Positions 13,766 through 24,331 of a DNA stretch of 64,000 bases are shown here, one piece after another. The stretch is taken from the NCBI GenBank assembly GCA_040402475.1, contig JBBAMM010000003.1:4652-68651 (forward strand), in the 5' to 3' direction. The notes under the pieces were generated by a model, which was not told the DNA's origin, did no database searches, and saw nothing but the letters and a program-made list of their open reading frames with translations. The position numbers were made by a program, and so were the translations under genes. Numbering within the stretch: position 1 is the stretch's first letter; each line of letters starts with the position of its first letter. The stretch comes from Rhodoluna sp. Its GTDB lineage: Bacteria > Actinomycetota > Actinomycetes > Actinomycetales > Microbacteriaceae.

Positions 13766-14362
13766 ATGGACTCTACACAACCAGAAAACGTTGAACCGAC
13801 CACAGATACTGGCCGAATCGACCTAAGTAAAGCAAGCGATTTCGCTTACCTGCAAGATGATTTATTCGCAGTATCCCAACCTTGGCACGATCCAAACGTT
13901 GGTTACCGTGGAACCTCAGCAGCAGGAGCAGCCGGTATCAGCTATCGCCAACTTGATTACTGGGATAGAACTGCTTTGGTGCAACCAAGTGTCAGGGGAG
14001 CATCAGGTTCAGGAACCCAGAGACTTTATTCATTCCGCGATATCTTGGTTTTGAAGCTGGTTAAGAACTTCTTGGACGCTGGCGTATCTTTGCAACAGAT
14101 CCGAACAGCCATCAATGAACTGCGAGCAGCTGGTATTAGCGACTTGGCTAAAATCACTCTGTTCTCTGACGGAGCTAAGGTTTATCTTTTCACTTCAGCT
14201 GATGAGATCATCGACTTGATGGACAAGGGCCAGGGAGTATTCGGTATTTCAGTTGGCAAGGTGCTGGACGAGGTTGAGGCAACTCTTGCTCATATCGATC
14301 CAAGTCACGTTGAAGAGATGGATGAACTAACTCTTCGCAGACTAAACAAAAAAGCTGTTTAG
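13766..14362 (+). CDS. MerR-family regulator (Rv1830/McdR-like)
   Basis: GYRG...AGISYRQLDYW, GSGTQRLYSFRDI, GQGVFGI, DEL..RR; RBS GAGGAGG. Confidence 0.9.
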   Translation: MDSTQPENVEPTTDTGRIDLSKASDFAYLQDDLFAVSQPWHDPNVGYRGTSAAGAAGISYRQLDYWDRTALVQPSVRGASGSGTQRLYSFRDILVLKLVKNFLDAGVSLQQIRTAINELRAAGISDLAKITLFSDGAKVYLFTSADEIIDLMDKGQGVFGISVGKVLDEVEATLAHIDPSHVEEMDELTLRRLNKKAV

Positions 14363-15406
14363 TTAGTCTTCTTCTTTTTCAGTAAGAGATTTAATCTGCT
14401 TCTCAGTCATGGTCTGACGTAAAACTTCATTGAACTTATCTTGGTATTCCGGTGAAACTGGAGCACTGGTCACCAATTCAATGCGCTCGGCTTTGGCTTT
14501 GAGTTTGTCTTCAGCTGCATGTTTGGATTTTGAACGCTTAACCTCTGACGAATCATGTGAACGTCTTGAATGCCTATTCTTAGCACTTGATCTGCCTGAT
14601 TGTTCAATTCGTCTCAAGTCTTCGGATGCAAAAGAAACAGATACCTGTTCCAACAACTCATCAAATTGAGCTGCTAACTTAGCCGCGGATTGACCAGGCC
14701 ATGAATGGATTGAACGTCCAGCGCCTTGAGCTTGCTGAATTGCAGATTTTTCCTCGATCGGTGTGCTGATAAGCAATTCTCCATAGAGTTCTTCAAGTTC
14801 GTTCACACGATACTGGTGCTCGGCAACGCTTGGTCGTAGTCGGTTGATCAAGATGCCGTATAGGCTCACCTGGCGATTGACTTGCCTTCTAACTTCTTGC
14901 AGTGCTTTCATTGCAGATTCAACTGCCAGCACAGCATTTATGGATGGCTCAGCTACCAAGAGAACTCGATCGCTAGCCACCCAAGCCATACGGGTTAATG
15001 CGTTGATGCTAGGGGGAGTGTCGATGAGCACAAGGTCGTAGTCCTTCTCGATACGAGACAGCGCTTGTTCCAGGTTCCAAAGTGACTTGAAGCTTGGGTT
15101 AGTGGTGTTCCTAGCGGTCAGCCTAGAATGGCCAACCATAATGTCTAGGCGTCCAGTCTGTCCCTTAGCCCAAGATGACGCTACAATTGCCTTAAACACA
15201 GCGCCGTGTCGGGGCTTCTTGATTACTTCGGCTGCTGAATTATCAAAATCCCCAACCGCACCTAATCCATTGCTGACGTTGCACTGAGGGTCTAAATCGA
15301 TCACCAGAGTACGAAGGCCTTTAGACATGGCGGCAGAGGCAAGTCCCAGGGTAACCGTGGTCTTACCAACTCCGCCCTTCAGGGCGCTAATGCTTAATAC
15401 ATGCAC
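14363..15406 (-). CDS. ParA-family ATPase with long charged C-terminal tail
   Basis: SALKGGVGKTT, DLDPQ, DTPPS; about 90 extra C-terminal residues. Confidence 0.88.
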   Translation of the reverse strand: MHVLSISALKGGVGKTTVTLGLASAAMSKGLRTLVIDLDPQCNVSNGLGAVGDFDNSAAEVIKKPRHGAVFKAIVASSWAKGQTGRLDIMVGHSRLTARNTTNPSFKSLWNLEQALSRIEKDYDLVLIDTPPSINALTRMAWVASDRVLLVAEPSINAVLAVESAMKALQEVRRQVNRQVSLYGILINRLRPSVAEHQYRVNELEELYGELLISTPIEEKSAIQQAQGAGRSIHSWPGQSAAKLAAQFDELLEQVSVSFASEDLRRIEQSGRSSAKNRHSRRSHDSSEVKRSKSKHAAEDKLKAKAERIELVTSAPVSPEYQDKFNEVLRQTMTEKQIKSLTEKEED

Positions 15407-15474
15407 CCAATAAGGCTACCTTTTGATTGACGTGCAAACCGCTATTTGTTCGCTTGACTGCAGGAACGGAACCC

Positions 15475-18400
15475 ATGTTCAAGAAGATTTTGGTTGCCAA
15501 CCGTGGCGAGATCGCCATTCGTGCATTCCGTGCTGCCTATGAGCTAGGAGCAAAGACTGTTGCAGTCTTCGCATATGAAGATAGAAATTCATCCCACCGT
15601 CTAAAAGCCGATGAGGCTTATCAAATCGGAACTTTAGGCCACCCAGTTCGTGCCTACCTAGATGTAACAGAAATCATCAGAGTGGCCAAGGAATGTGGGG
15701 CGGATGCCATTTACCCTGGCTACGGTTTCTTGAGTGAAAATCCAGAACTAGCTGAAGCAGCTGCAGCTAATGGAATTACTTTTATTGGTCCTGGTTCCCA
15801 TGTTCTTGAACTTGCCGGTAACAAGGTAAATGCTAAAGAAGCAGCTATCGCAGCTGGAGTTCCAGTTTTGAAATCGTCTAGGCAGTCAGATGATGTTGAA
15901 CTCTTAATTGCTGATTCTAAAGAAATTGGTTTTCCACTTTTTGTCAAAGCTGTTGCTGGCGGTGGCGGTCGAGGAATGCGTCGAGTTGCAAAACTTGAAG
16001 AACTAGCTGGTGCTCTCGGTGAAGCGATGCGAGAGGCGCAATCTGCTTTTGGCGATGCCAGGGTTTTCTTAGAGCAAGCAGTGCTTAGGCCTAGACACAT
16101 TGAAGTTCAGATCCTTGCTGACAGCAAAGGAAACGTGGTTCACCTATTTGAACGAGACTGTTCAGTGCAAAGAAGAAATCAAAAAGTTGTAGAAATTGCA
16201 CCTGCTCCGAATATTGATGAAACTCTTCGTCAAGCGCTATACAAAGATGCAGTCTCATTCGCTAAAGAAATCGGTTACGTTAACGCAGGAACTGTTGAGT
16301 TCCTAATCGACACTGTTGGTGATAACGCTGGTAAGCATGTCTTCATCGAAATGAATCCGCGTATTCAAGTCGAGCACACTGTCACCGAAGAGATAACTGA
16401 GATTGACTTAGTTCAATCACAGATGAGAATTGCGGCAGGGGAGTCACTAGCTGATCTAGGGCTGACTCAAGACAAGATTGAGATGCACGGCTTTGCTATT
16501 CAGTGCCGTATCACTACCGAAGATCCAACTGCAGGCTTTAGACCTGACACCGGAAAGATTACGACCTATCGCTCTCCTGGTGGAGCGGGTATCAGATTAG
16601 ATGGTGGAACAGCTTCAACAGGTAGCGAAATCAGTCCGCACTTCGATTCACTTCTAGTAAAACTAATTACCCGTGGCCGTGATTTGAAATCAGCAGTCAG
16701 CAGAGCTCAACGAGCTCTTGCCGAATTCCGCATTAGAGGAGTGGCGACCAACATTGCTTTCTTGCAGGGTGTTCTCGGCGATGCAAGCTTTGCCGCAGGG
16801 GATCTCAGCACTGCATTCATTGAGGAAAGACCAGAGCTACTTAACGCTTATCCATCTCAAGACCGTGGAACCAAGATTCTGAACTGGTTGGCTGATGTGA
16901 CAGTCAACCAACCACATGGCACAAGGGGAACTCTCGGCTCACCTGCACTCAAACTTCCTAAGTTAGACCTAACTGTTCCTGCCCCAGAGGGTTCAAGACA
17001 GCAACTTCTTGCGCTAGGTCCAGTTGCCTTCGCTAAAGCTCTTCGTGATCAAAAAGCTGTTGCTATTACTGACACAACTTTCCGTGATGCGCATCAGTCA
17101 CTTCTTGCAACAAGAGTTCGCTCAAGAGACTTGGTTCAAGTTGCTCCTTACCAAGCCAGAGTTCTAAGCAAACTATTCTCAGTTGAAGCCTGGGGTGGAG
17201 CTACCTATGACGTTGCTCTTCGATTCTTAGGTGAAGACCCTTGGGCAAGACTTGTCGCTCTTCGTGAAGCTATGCCAAACATTTGTATTCAGATGCTTTT
17301 GCGCGGACAGAACACTGTCGGTTACACGCCTTACCCAGTTGAAGTAACTGATGCTTTTGTTGCTGAAGCTGCTGCAAGCGGTGTTGACATCTTCAGGATC
17401 TTCGATGCACTAAACGATGTTGATCAGATGATTCCGGCAATAAATGCTGTCCTAAAAACTAAGACGGCAGTTGCTGAAGTTGCTATTTGCTACACCGGAG
17501 ATTTGTTAGATCCTAAAGAAGATCTATACACACTTGACTACTACCTTGACTTAGCTGGTCAGGTTGTCTCAGCTGGTGCACACATTCTTGCTATCAAGGA
17601 CATGGCTGGATTACTTCGACCACAAGCTGCAGCCAAGTTAGTTACCGCTCTTCGTGAGAAGTTTGATCTGCCAGTTCATTTACACACCCATGACACTGCT
17701 GGTGGCCAACTTGCGACACTGATGGCAGCCATCGATGCTGGTGTTGATGCAGTTGATGTTGCTGCAGCTCCGATGGCAGGAACTACTTCACAACCTTCAG
17801 CTTCTGCGCTTGTGGCAGCACTTGAACATACTGACAGAGATTCAGGTATCACCCTTGGTGAGATGACAACTCTTGAGCCTTACTGGGAAGCTGTCAGAAA
17901 TGTTTATGCTCCGTTTGAGTCTGGCCTTCGCGGTCCTACCGGTCGGGTATACAAGCATGAGATTCCAGGTGGTCAGCTATCAAACCTAAGACAGCAAGCT
18001 ATTGCTCTTGGTCTTGGCAACCAATTTGAACGTGTTGAAGACATGTATGCAGCTGCCAATGAGATCCTAGGAAGACCTCCTAAGGTAACTCCTTCATCTA
18101 AGGTTGTTGGCGACCTAGCTCTTCACCTAGTTGCAGTTAATGCAGATCCTGCTGAATTTGCTAAGAACCCTCAGAACTATGACATTCCTGATTCAGTTGT
18201 TGGCTTTATGGCTGGTGAACTTGGTGACTTACCGGGTGGCTGGCCTGAGCCATTTAGAACCAAGGTTCTGCAGGGTAAAAACCCTAAGTTTGGTCTAACA
18301 CCAGTTTCAGATGCTGATCTAGAGAATTTGAGATCTGTTGATGAAAAGGTTAGACGCAGCACACTAAACCGCCTGCTCTTTGCTGGCCCAACTGCTGAAT

Positions 18401-18882
18401 TTGAGAAGACCAGAGCTACCTATGGAAACCTCGACCCAGTGGATACCTTGGACTACCTCTATGGGCTTGAGCAAGGTCAAGAACACGTTGTTGAGATTGC
18501 TAAGGGTGTTCGTATCTTTGTCGGTCTTGAAGCAATCGGCAGCCCGGACACTAAAGGCTTCAGAACAGTCATGGCGACCCTAAACGGTCAGCTAAGGCCT
18601 ATCAACGTCCGTGATCGGAAGATTGCCACAGCGGTTGTTTCAGCAGAGAAAGCCAATTTGGCCAACCCAGCTGAGGTGGCAGCTCCTTTTGCTGGAGTGG
18701 TAACCCTCCAGGTAGTTGAAGGCACTCCAGTTGAGTTAGGCCAGCCGGTGGCCACCATTGAAGCCATGAAGATGGAAGCCACGATAACAGCCAACACAGC
18801 AGGAATCGTAAGGCGTTTAGCCATAACCAAGACCCAATCTGTTGAGTCTGGGGACCTGATTCTCGTAGTCGAACCACAGTAG
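15475..18882 (+). CDS. pyc: Pyruvate carboxylase
   Basis: BC domain ANRGEIA, RDCSVQRR; CT domain RDAHQSL, HLHTHDT; biotin motif EAMKM. Confidence 0.98.
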   Translation: MFKKILVANRGEIAIRAFRAAYELGAKTVAVFAYEDRNSSHRLKADEAYQIGTLGHPVRAYLDVTEIIRVAKECGADAIYPGYGFLSENPELAEAAAANGITFIGPGSHVLELAGNKVNAKEAAIAAGVPVLKSSRQSDDVELLIADSKEIGFPLFVKAVAGGGGRGMRRVAKLEELAGALGEAMREAQSAFGDARVFLEQAVLRPRHIEVQILADSKGNVVHLFERDCSVQRRNQKVVEIAPAPNIDETLRQALYKDAVSFAKEIGYVNAGTVEFLIDTVGDNAGKHVFIEMNPRIQVEHTVTEEITEIDLVQSQMRIAAGESLADLGLTQDKIEMHGFAIQCRITTEDPTAGFRPDTGKITTYRSPGGAGIRLDGGTASTGSEISPHFDSLLVKLITRGRDLKSAVSRAQRALAEFRIRGVATNIAFLQGVLGDASFAAGDLSTAFIEERPELLNAYPSQDRGTKILNWLADVTVNQPHGTRGTLGSPALKLPKLDLTVPAPEGSRQQLLALGPVAFAKALRDQKAVAITDTTFRDAHQSLLATRVRSRDLVQVAPYQARVLSKLFSVEAWGGATYDVALRFLGEDPWARLVALREAMPNICIQMLLRGQNTVGYTPYPVEVTDAFVAEAAASGVDIFRIFDALNDVDQMIPAINAVLKTKTAVAEVAICYTGDLLDPKEDLYTLDYYLDLAGQVVSAGAHILAIKDMAGLLRPQAAAKLVTALREKFDLPVHLHTHDTAGGQLATLMAAIDAGVDAVDVAAAPMAGTTSQPSASALVAALEHTDRDSGITLGEMTTLEPYWEAVRNVYAPFESGLRGPTGRVYKHEIPGGQLSNLRQQAIALGLGNQFERVEDMYAAANEILGRPPKVTPSSKVVGDLALHLVAVNADPAEFAKNPQNYDIPDSVVGFMAGELGDLPGGWPEPFRTKVLQGKNPKFGLTPVSDADLENLRSVDEKVRRSTLNRLLFAGPTAEFEKTRATYGNLDPVDTLDYLYGLEQGQEHVVEIAKGVRIFVGLEAIGSPDTKGFRTVMATLNGQLRPINVRDRKIATAVVSAEKANLANPAEVAAPFAGVVTLQVVEGTPVELGQPVATIEAMKMEATITANTAGIVRRLAITKTQSVESGDLILVVEPQ

Positions 18883-18954
18883 CGAATAGACTTACCTGAG
18901 CATAAAGGTTCGGCTTGGCGATTATTCAAGCCTTAGATACTAAAGGATTTAGCA

Positions 18955-20145
18955 GTGGCTGACAAAGCAGAACGTGGATTTTCACGTCGTCGCAACAAAG
19001 AAGAGCAGGTTGCGGCTGAGTTAACTGAGAGTGTCTTGGATGCAGGAACAGTTGACCTAACTCCTTCAACATCTTCAATCAAAGTCGTAACTGAGTCGAC
19101 TTCAATTGTTGCCTCAGGTGGTGCTTCTGAGACTGACACTTTGGCAAATTCTCAAACTGGATACTCACGCAGAGACAGTTTGCGTGGCGATGCTTTTGAT
19201 CAACCAGAGCCTGCCGCAATGCTTACAGCTGATCGACTAATTGATGTCTCAGCAAAGAACCGACCAGCACCTGAAACTGGTTTTAGACGCTTCCTTTACT
19301 TCTTATCTCTAAAGTCAATAAACCTAGGGGATAACCTACGAGTTCGTGAACGCAAGGCTACCGATGCACGTATTAGTGCTGTTCTTGAAGGCGGTGCAAA
19401 GTTTGTTCCAGTGCTTACTCGTAAGGGTGGTGTTGGTAAAACCACAGTTACCACTTTGCTAGGTATGGCGATGGCTCTGGTTAGAGAAGATCGCGTTATT
19501 GCTATCGATGCCAACCCTGACCGTGGAACTTTGGCTGAACGTGTCAGCAAGTCAACTCGATTCACAGTTCGCGATGTTGTTAATCGTGCTGCTGCCGTAG
19601 ATGGTTTCACTGATTTCTCAACAATGGTTTCTAGAGATGCAACCAGATTGCACGTTTTAGCATCTGACAGCGACCCAATGCTTTCAGAAGCCTTCGATGA
19701 AGGTGACTACAACGTTGTTGCTGACATGGCTGCTCGTTATTACACAGTTATCTTGACTGACTGTGGAACCGGTATCGTGCACTCAGTTATGCGTCCAACT
19801 CTGCAGCGAGCAAACGGTTTGGTGATCGTTTCAGGTGGATCAGTTGATGAGGCGCGACTTGCATCGGAGACTCTCACCTGGCTGGAAGCTAATGGTTATG
19901 GCGATCTAGTTCGACAATCAGTTGTTGCTCTAAACACTGCAACTCAGGGAACTAATCTGGTAAAGCTTGATGAGATTGAAGCACACTTCCGCTCTCGTGT
20001 TCGCGCAGTTGTGAAGATTCCTTATGACCCAGCTCTTGCTGCGGGTTCTGTCATTAAGTTTGATCAACTACACAAGAACACCAGGGAAGCGGCTAGAGAG
20101 CTAGCAGCTTTAGTTGTTGAAGGTTTGGCTAAGTCCAAGTACTAA
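18955..20145 (+). CDS. MinD/ParA-family ATPase with disordered N-terminus
   Basis: TRKGGVGKTT, DANPDRGTL, DCGTG, PYDPAL. Confidence 0.88.
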   Translation: MADKAERGFSRRRNKEEQVAAELTESVLDAGTVDLTPSTSSIKVVTESTSIVASGGASETDTLANSQTGYSRRDSLRGDAFDQPEPAAMLTADRLIDVSAKNRPAPETGFRRFLYFLSLKSINLGDNLRVRERKATDARISAVLEGGAKFVPVLTRKGGVGKTTVTTLLGMAMALVREDRVIAIDANPDRGTLAERVSKSTRFTVRDVVNRAAAVDGFTDFSTMVSRDATRLHVLASDSDPMLSEAFDEGDYNVVADMAARYYTVILTDCGTGIVHSVMRPTLQRANGLVIVSGGSVDEARLASETLTWLEANGYGDLVRQSVVALNTATQGTNLVKLDEIEAHFRSRVRAVVKIPYDPALAAGSVIKFDQLHKNTREAARELAALVVEGLAKSKY

Positions 20146-20643
20146 ATGGCAGTTCGTGAAATACGTCTTTACGGAGACCCAGTACTAAAAACTGCAAGTG
20201 ATTCCGTCATTGCTTTTGATGAGAAAACAAACGCGATTGTTGCGGATCTTTTAGAAACAACAAAACTGCCTGGTCGAGCTGGGGTGGCAGCACCGCAAAT
20301 CGGAATCTCACTTCGAATCTTTAGCTACCACGTGAACGGTAATGCCGGCTACCTAATCAATCCAGAGAATCTAGAACTAAGTGGTGAACTTCAATTACTA
20401 GAAGAAGGTTGTCTATCAGTTCCTGGTCTTTGGCATAAAGTTCTTCGCTATCCAAAAGCAACACTTACTGGCTATCAACTAGATGGTTCAAAGATCACCA
20501 TCACAGGTGAGGGCTTGCTAGCGCAAGCACTGCAGCACGAGTATGACCACCTAGATGGGTTGCTTTATTTAGACAGGCTTAGTCACGATGAACGCAAAGA
20601 AGCCATGAAGGCACTGCGGCAAACCGATTGGTTTATGCGTTAG
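20146..20643 (+). CDS. def: Peptide deformylase
   Basis: GVAAPQIG, EGCLS, QHEYDHLDG. Confidence 0.97.
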   Translation: MAVREIRLYGDPVLKTASDSVIAFDEKTNAIVADLLETTKLPGRAGVAAPQIGISLRIFSYHVNGNAGYLINPENLELSGELQLLEEGCLSVPGLWHKVLRYPKATLTGYQLDGSKITITGEGLLAQALQHEYDHLDGLLYLDRLSHDERKEAMKALRQTDWFMR

Positions 20644-22478
20644 ATCTTGTAATCACCAATATTGTGACAGGTTGACTTAGCGCTATCTGCATAGATGTCA
20701 TCAATTAGTTGAGAGTAGTCATCAACCACCACAGATCTCTTGATCTTTAGTGACGGTGTCAGGTGTCCGCTCTTCTCGGTTAGATCCTGTGGCAACAAAG
20801 CAAACTTTCTAATTGACTCTGCAGTTGAGAAGTGTGAGTTCACGCCTTCAATAGCCTTAGAGACTTCCGTTAGAACAGCTGGGTTTGAAATCGCTTCCAC
20901 AACAGTCATCTTCTCTTTGATGCCACTGTTCTCAAGCCAAATCGGAAGCATTTCTTCATCGAGGGAGATAAGCACAGAAACGAAAGGCTTAGCATCACCG
21001 ATGACGACAGCTTGGCTGATAAGTGGGTTAGCACGAAGAGGATCTTCAAGCAGAGCTGGCGCAACGTTCTTTCCACCAGCTGTGATGATCAGTTCCTTTT
21101 TGCGTCCAGTGATAGCAAGGAAGCCATCTTCATCAAGAGCACCGATGTCACCAGTTTTGAACCAGTCGCCTTCGAAAGTTGACTTGGTTGCTTGATTGTT
21201 GTTCCAGTAACCCTTGAGAACGTTAGTTCCGCGTAGCCAGATCTCACCATCATCGGCAATCTTCACACCACAACCAGGTAGTGGGAAACCAACCTTGCCA
21301 ATCTTGACATTGTTAGGTCGGCCAATAGTTACCGGTGCAGTTGTTTCGGTTAGACCATAACCTTCAAGAACAATTAGACCGATAGCACGATAGAAGTGAC
21401 CAAGTCTTGCTCCCAGTGGTCCACCACCGCTAATTGCATACTTAACTCGACCACCCATAGCAGCACGAAGTTTCTTGTAAACAAGAGCGTCGAAAACTTT
21501 GTGCTTTAGGTTCAAACCAAAGCTAGGACCCTTCTTGGTATCCAATGCCATTGACCAAGCGATAGCTGTTTCAGCTGCAGCATGGAAAATCTTTCCTTTG
21601 CCACCGGCTTCAGCGCGTTGCTCTGCTGAGTTGTATACCTTTTCAAAAACACGTGGAACTGCAAGTAGGAAAGTAGGGTGGAAGCTCTGCATTGCAGGAG
21701 CCACACTCTTGGCATCTGGTTGGTGACCAACCTGAACACCACCAGCAATACAAAGAACTGAAACGAATCTGGCAAACACGTGAGCCATCGGCAAGAACAA
21801 AATAGTTGAACCACCAGGGCAAACAACTTCTGGCAAAACAGCTTGAGCGTTTCTAGATAGGTCAACAAAGCCTTGGTGCAAAAGTTCACAGCCCTTAGGT
21901 TGCCCAGTTGTTCCAGAGGTGTAAATAATTGTTGCTAGGTCCTGAAGACCAGCAGAGGTTCTTCTTTCCTCGAGAACGTCATCAGAAATCTTAGTTCCAA
22001 GATCAACTAGGTCACTTAGATCGCTCTTGTCAAAAGTCCAAGTCTTCTTTACATCAGGCAAAGACTTCTTTACTGTCTTGAATAAGCTAAGAAGTTCTTC
22101 AGTTTCAAAAATCCCGGCGATAGCACCTGAGTCACCAAGGATCCATTCGATCTGGCTTGGGGCAGAACTTTCATAAATCGGAACAGAAACTGCACCAGCG
22201 AACCAAAGTGCAAAGTCACACAAAGCCCATTCATATCTGGTGTGGCTCATGATGCCAACGCGTTGACCAACTTCAATGCCAGAAGCTATGAATCCCTTGG
22301 CTAGAGCTTTAACTTCTGCAAGATATTCGGCAGCAGTAACATCAACCCAGACACCTGGTTCAACTTGCTTTGACATCAAAGGAAGTTTTGGGTCTTTTTT
22401 GACTCGCTCAATAAACAGATCAGTGATGTTGGTCTTTGGGTCAGATACAACCACTAATGGGATTTCATTGATTTTCAA
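20640..22478 (-). CDS. Long-chain fatty acid-CoA ligase (FadD15-like)
   Basis: YTSGTTGQPKG, EGYGLTET, TGDIG, GRKKE, PSLKIKR. Confidence 0.93.
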   Translation of the reverse strand: MKINEIPLVVVSDPKTNITDLFIERVKKDPKLPLMSKQVEPGVWVDVTAAEYLAEVKALAKGFIASGIEVGQRVGIMSHTRYEWALCDFALWFAGAVSVPIYESSAPSQIEWILGDSGAIAGIFETEELLSLFKTVKKSLPDVKKTWTFDKSDLSDLVDLGTKISDDVLEERRTSAGLQDLATIIYTSGTTGQPKGCELLHQGFVDLSRNAQAVLPEVVCPGGSTILFLPMAHVFARFVSVLCIAGGVQVGHQPDAKSVAPAMQSFHPTFLLAVPRVFEKVYNSAEQRAEAGGKGKIFHAAAETAIAWSMALDTKKGPSFGLNLKHKVFDALVYKKLRAAMGGRVKYAISGGGPLGARLGHFYRAIGLIVLEGYGLTETTAPVTIGRPNNVKIGKVGFPLPGCGVKIADDGEIWLRGTNVLKGYWNNNQATKSTFEGDWFKTGDIGALDEDGFLAITGRKKELIITAGGKNVAPALLEDPLRANPLISQAVVIGDAKPFVSVLISLDEEMLPIWLENSGIKEKMTVVEAISNPAVLTEVSKAIEGVNSHFSTAESIRKFALLPQDLTEKSGHLTPSLKIKRSVVVDDYSQLIDDIYADSAKSTCHNIGDYKI

Positions 22479-22630
22479 GACAGCCTCCAGTTTGGGGTAG
22501 GTTCAAATGAAACTTTTGATAACTCTACCTGTCTCAAGGCCCATAATTCACCTAATCTGCCTAGTCGAGAAGCGGTCCTAGGCTATAAACTTACGAGGTT
22601 AGTCGTTGCAGAACACTTAGAAGGAAACCC

Positions 22631-23581
22631 ATGAATACCGTCGGAATCGACATCGGAGGCACCAAGATCGCTGGTGCCTTGGTAAGCCCGACCGGTGAAA
22701 TCCTCAAGGAACTCAAAGTTCCTACTCCAGCCCAGGATTCGGAAGCGCTACTTCATGCCGTTGTTGAGATGGTAACTGAACTTCGAGCTGGCCAAGAGGT
22801 TGACTCAGTTGGCGTCGCTGCTGCAGGATTTATCGATGCAGACCAGTCAACAGTGGTTTATGCACCTAACCTAAGCTGGCGAAACGAGCCGCTGAAGGCA
22901 AAACTTGAAGAAAAACTTGGATTGACCGTAGTCATTGAAAATGATGCGAATGCTGCTGGCTGGGCTGAGTACCGCTTTGGCGCTGGACGAGGTAGCAAAC
23001 ACATGCTCATGTTGACTGTTGGAACCGGAGTTGGCGGAGCAATCGTTGCCAACGGGGAGCTCTTTAGAGGTGGCTTTGGCATCGGGGCAGAGCTAGGTCA
23101 CATGCGCTTTATTGCAGAAGGCAAACTTTGTGGTTGCGGTCAAAAGGGCTGTTTAGAGCAATACGGTTCAGGAACAGCGCTATTGAACTCTGCAAAAGAG
23201 TTGGTAGCCACAGGAGCTACTTCTGCTTCTAGGCTCATCGAACTAGCTAATGCAGCAGGCGAATTGACTGGAACTGAGGTCTATCAGGCTATTCAAGAAG
23301 GAGATGAGGCAGCTTTAGGTCTTCTTGCTGATCTTGGAACTAACTTGGGTATTGCCATTGCTACCTTGGTAGCTGTTTTAGACCCCGAAGTTGTTGTTAT
23401 TGGTGGTGGGGTAAGCGCTGCAGGGGAGTTACTGCTAGCTCCAATCCGAAAGGCTTACCTGGAACACCTTCCAGCAAGAGGGTTTAGACCTGAATTGAAG
23501 TTGGTTGCTGCTGAGTTGGTAAACGATGCTGGAGTTGTTGGGGCAGCAGACCTTGCCAGAGTGCATACTTCAGGCAGATAA
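22631..23581 (+). CDS. glk: ROK-family glucokinase
   Basis: GIDIGGTK, ENDANAA, GTGVGG, ELGH, CGCGQKGCLE. Confidence 0.93.
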   Translation: MNTVGIDIGGTKIAGALVSPTGEILKELKVPTPAQDSEALLHAVVEMVTELRAGQEVDSVGVAAAGFIDADQSTVVYAPNLSWRNEPLKAKLEEKLGLTVVIENDANAAGWAEYRFGAGRGSKHMLMLTVGTGVGGAIVANGELFRGGFGIGAELGHMRFIAEGKLCGCGQKGCLEQYGSGTALLNSAKELVATGATSASRLIELANAAGELTGTEVYQAIQEGDEAALGLLADLGTNLGIAIATLVAVLDPEVVVIGGGVSAAGELLLAPIRKAYLEHLPARGFRPELKLVAAELVNDAGVVGAADLARVHTSGR

Positions 23582-23623
23582 ACTTATAGTTCAACTAGCT
23601 TTAGCCACGAACGGAGGTGCACC

Positions 23624-24301
23624 ATGTGGTATTTCCTGCTGAAAAACATTGTTCTAGGACCAATTCTCAAAGTCTTGTTCAGACCTTGGGTTAGAGGATC
23701 AGAAAAGATTCCTACCGATGGTGCAGCTATTTTGGCTAGCAATCACCTTTCGTTTTCAGATTCAATATTTCTTCCATTGATGCTTAGACGTCCAGTGGTA
23801 TTTCTTGCCAAGAGTGAATACTTCACCGGTAAAGGTATAAAAGGAACTCTAAGTCGCTGGTTCTTCAAAGGAACTGGTCAACTGCCTATTGACCGCAGTG
23901 GTGGTAAAGCTTCTGAAGCTGCACTAAACACCGGTTTAGGTGTTTTGGGTCAGGGTCAGCTACTTGGTATTTACCCAGAAGGAACAAGAAGCCCTGATGG
24001 ACGTTTATTCCGCGGTAGAACTGGTATTGCTCGTATGGTTTTGGAAGCTAAAGTTCCAGTTTTCCCAGTGGCAATGATTGATACTGAAAAAGTTCAACCT
24101 ATTGGTAGAAGATTTCCACGCATCAGACGTATTGGTGTCGTGGTTGGAGAACCATTAGATTTCTCAAGATTTACTGGCATGGAAGGGGACCGCTTAGTGC
24201 TTCGAGCGGTAACCGATGAAATTCTGTATGAACTAATGAAGCTAAGCGGGCAGGAATACAACGACGTATACGCCTCAACTCTCAGAGATAAACGTCGCTA
24301 A
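23624..24301 (+). CDS. plsC: 1-acyl-sn-glycerol-3-phosphate acyltransferase
   Basis: NHLSFSD, YPEGTRS. Confidence 0.92.
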   Translation: MWYFLLKNIVLGPILKVLFRPWVRGSEKIPTDGAAILASNHLSFSDSIFLPLMLRRPVVFLAKSEYFTGKGIKGTLSRWFFKGTGQLPIDRSGGKASEAALNTGLGVLGQGQLLGIYPEGTRSPDGRLFRGRTGIARMVLEAKVPVFPVAMIDTEKVQPIGRRFPRIRRIGVVVGEPLDFSRFTGMEGDRLVLRAVTDEILYELMKLSGQEYNDVYASTLRDKRR

Positions 24302-24331
24302 AACCCACCCAAGATTAAGGAAACAAAAGAA

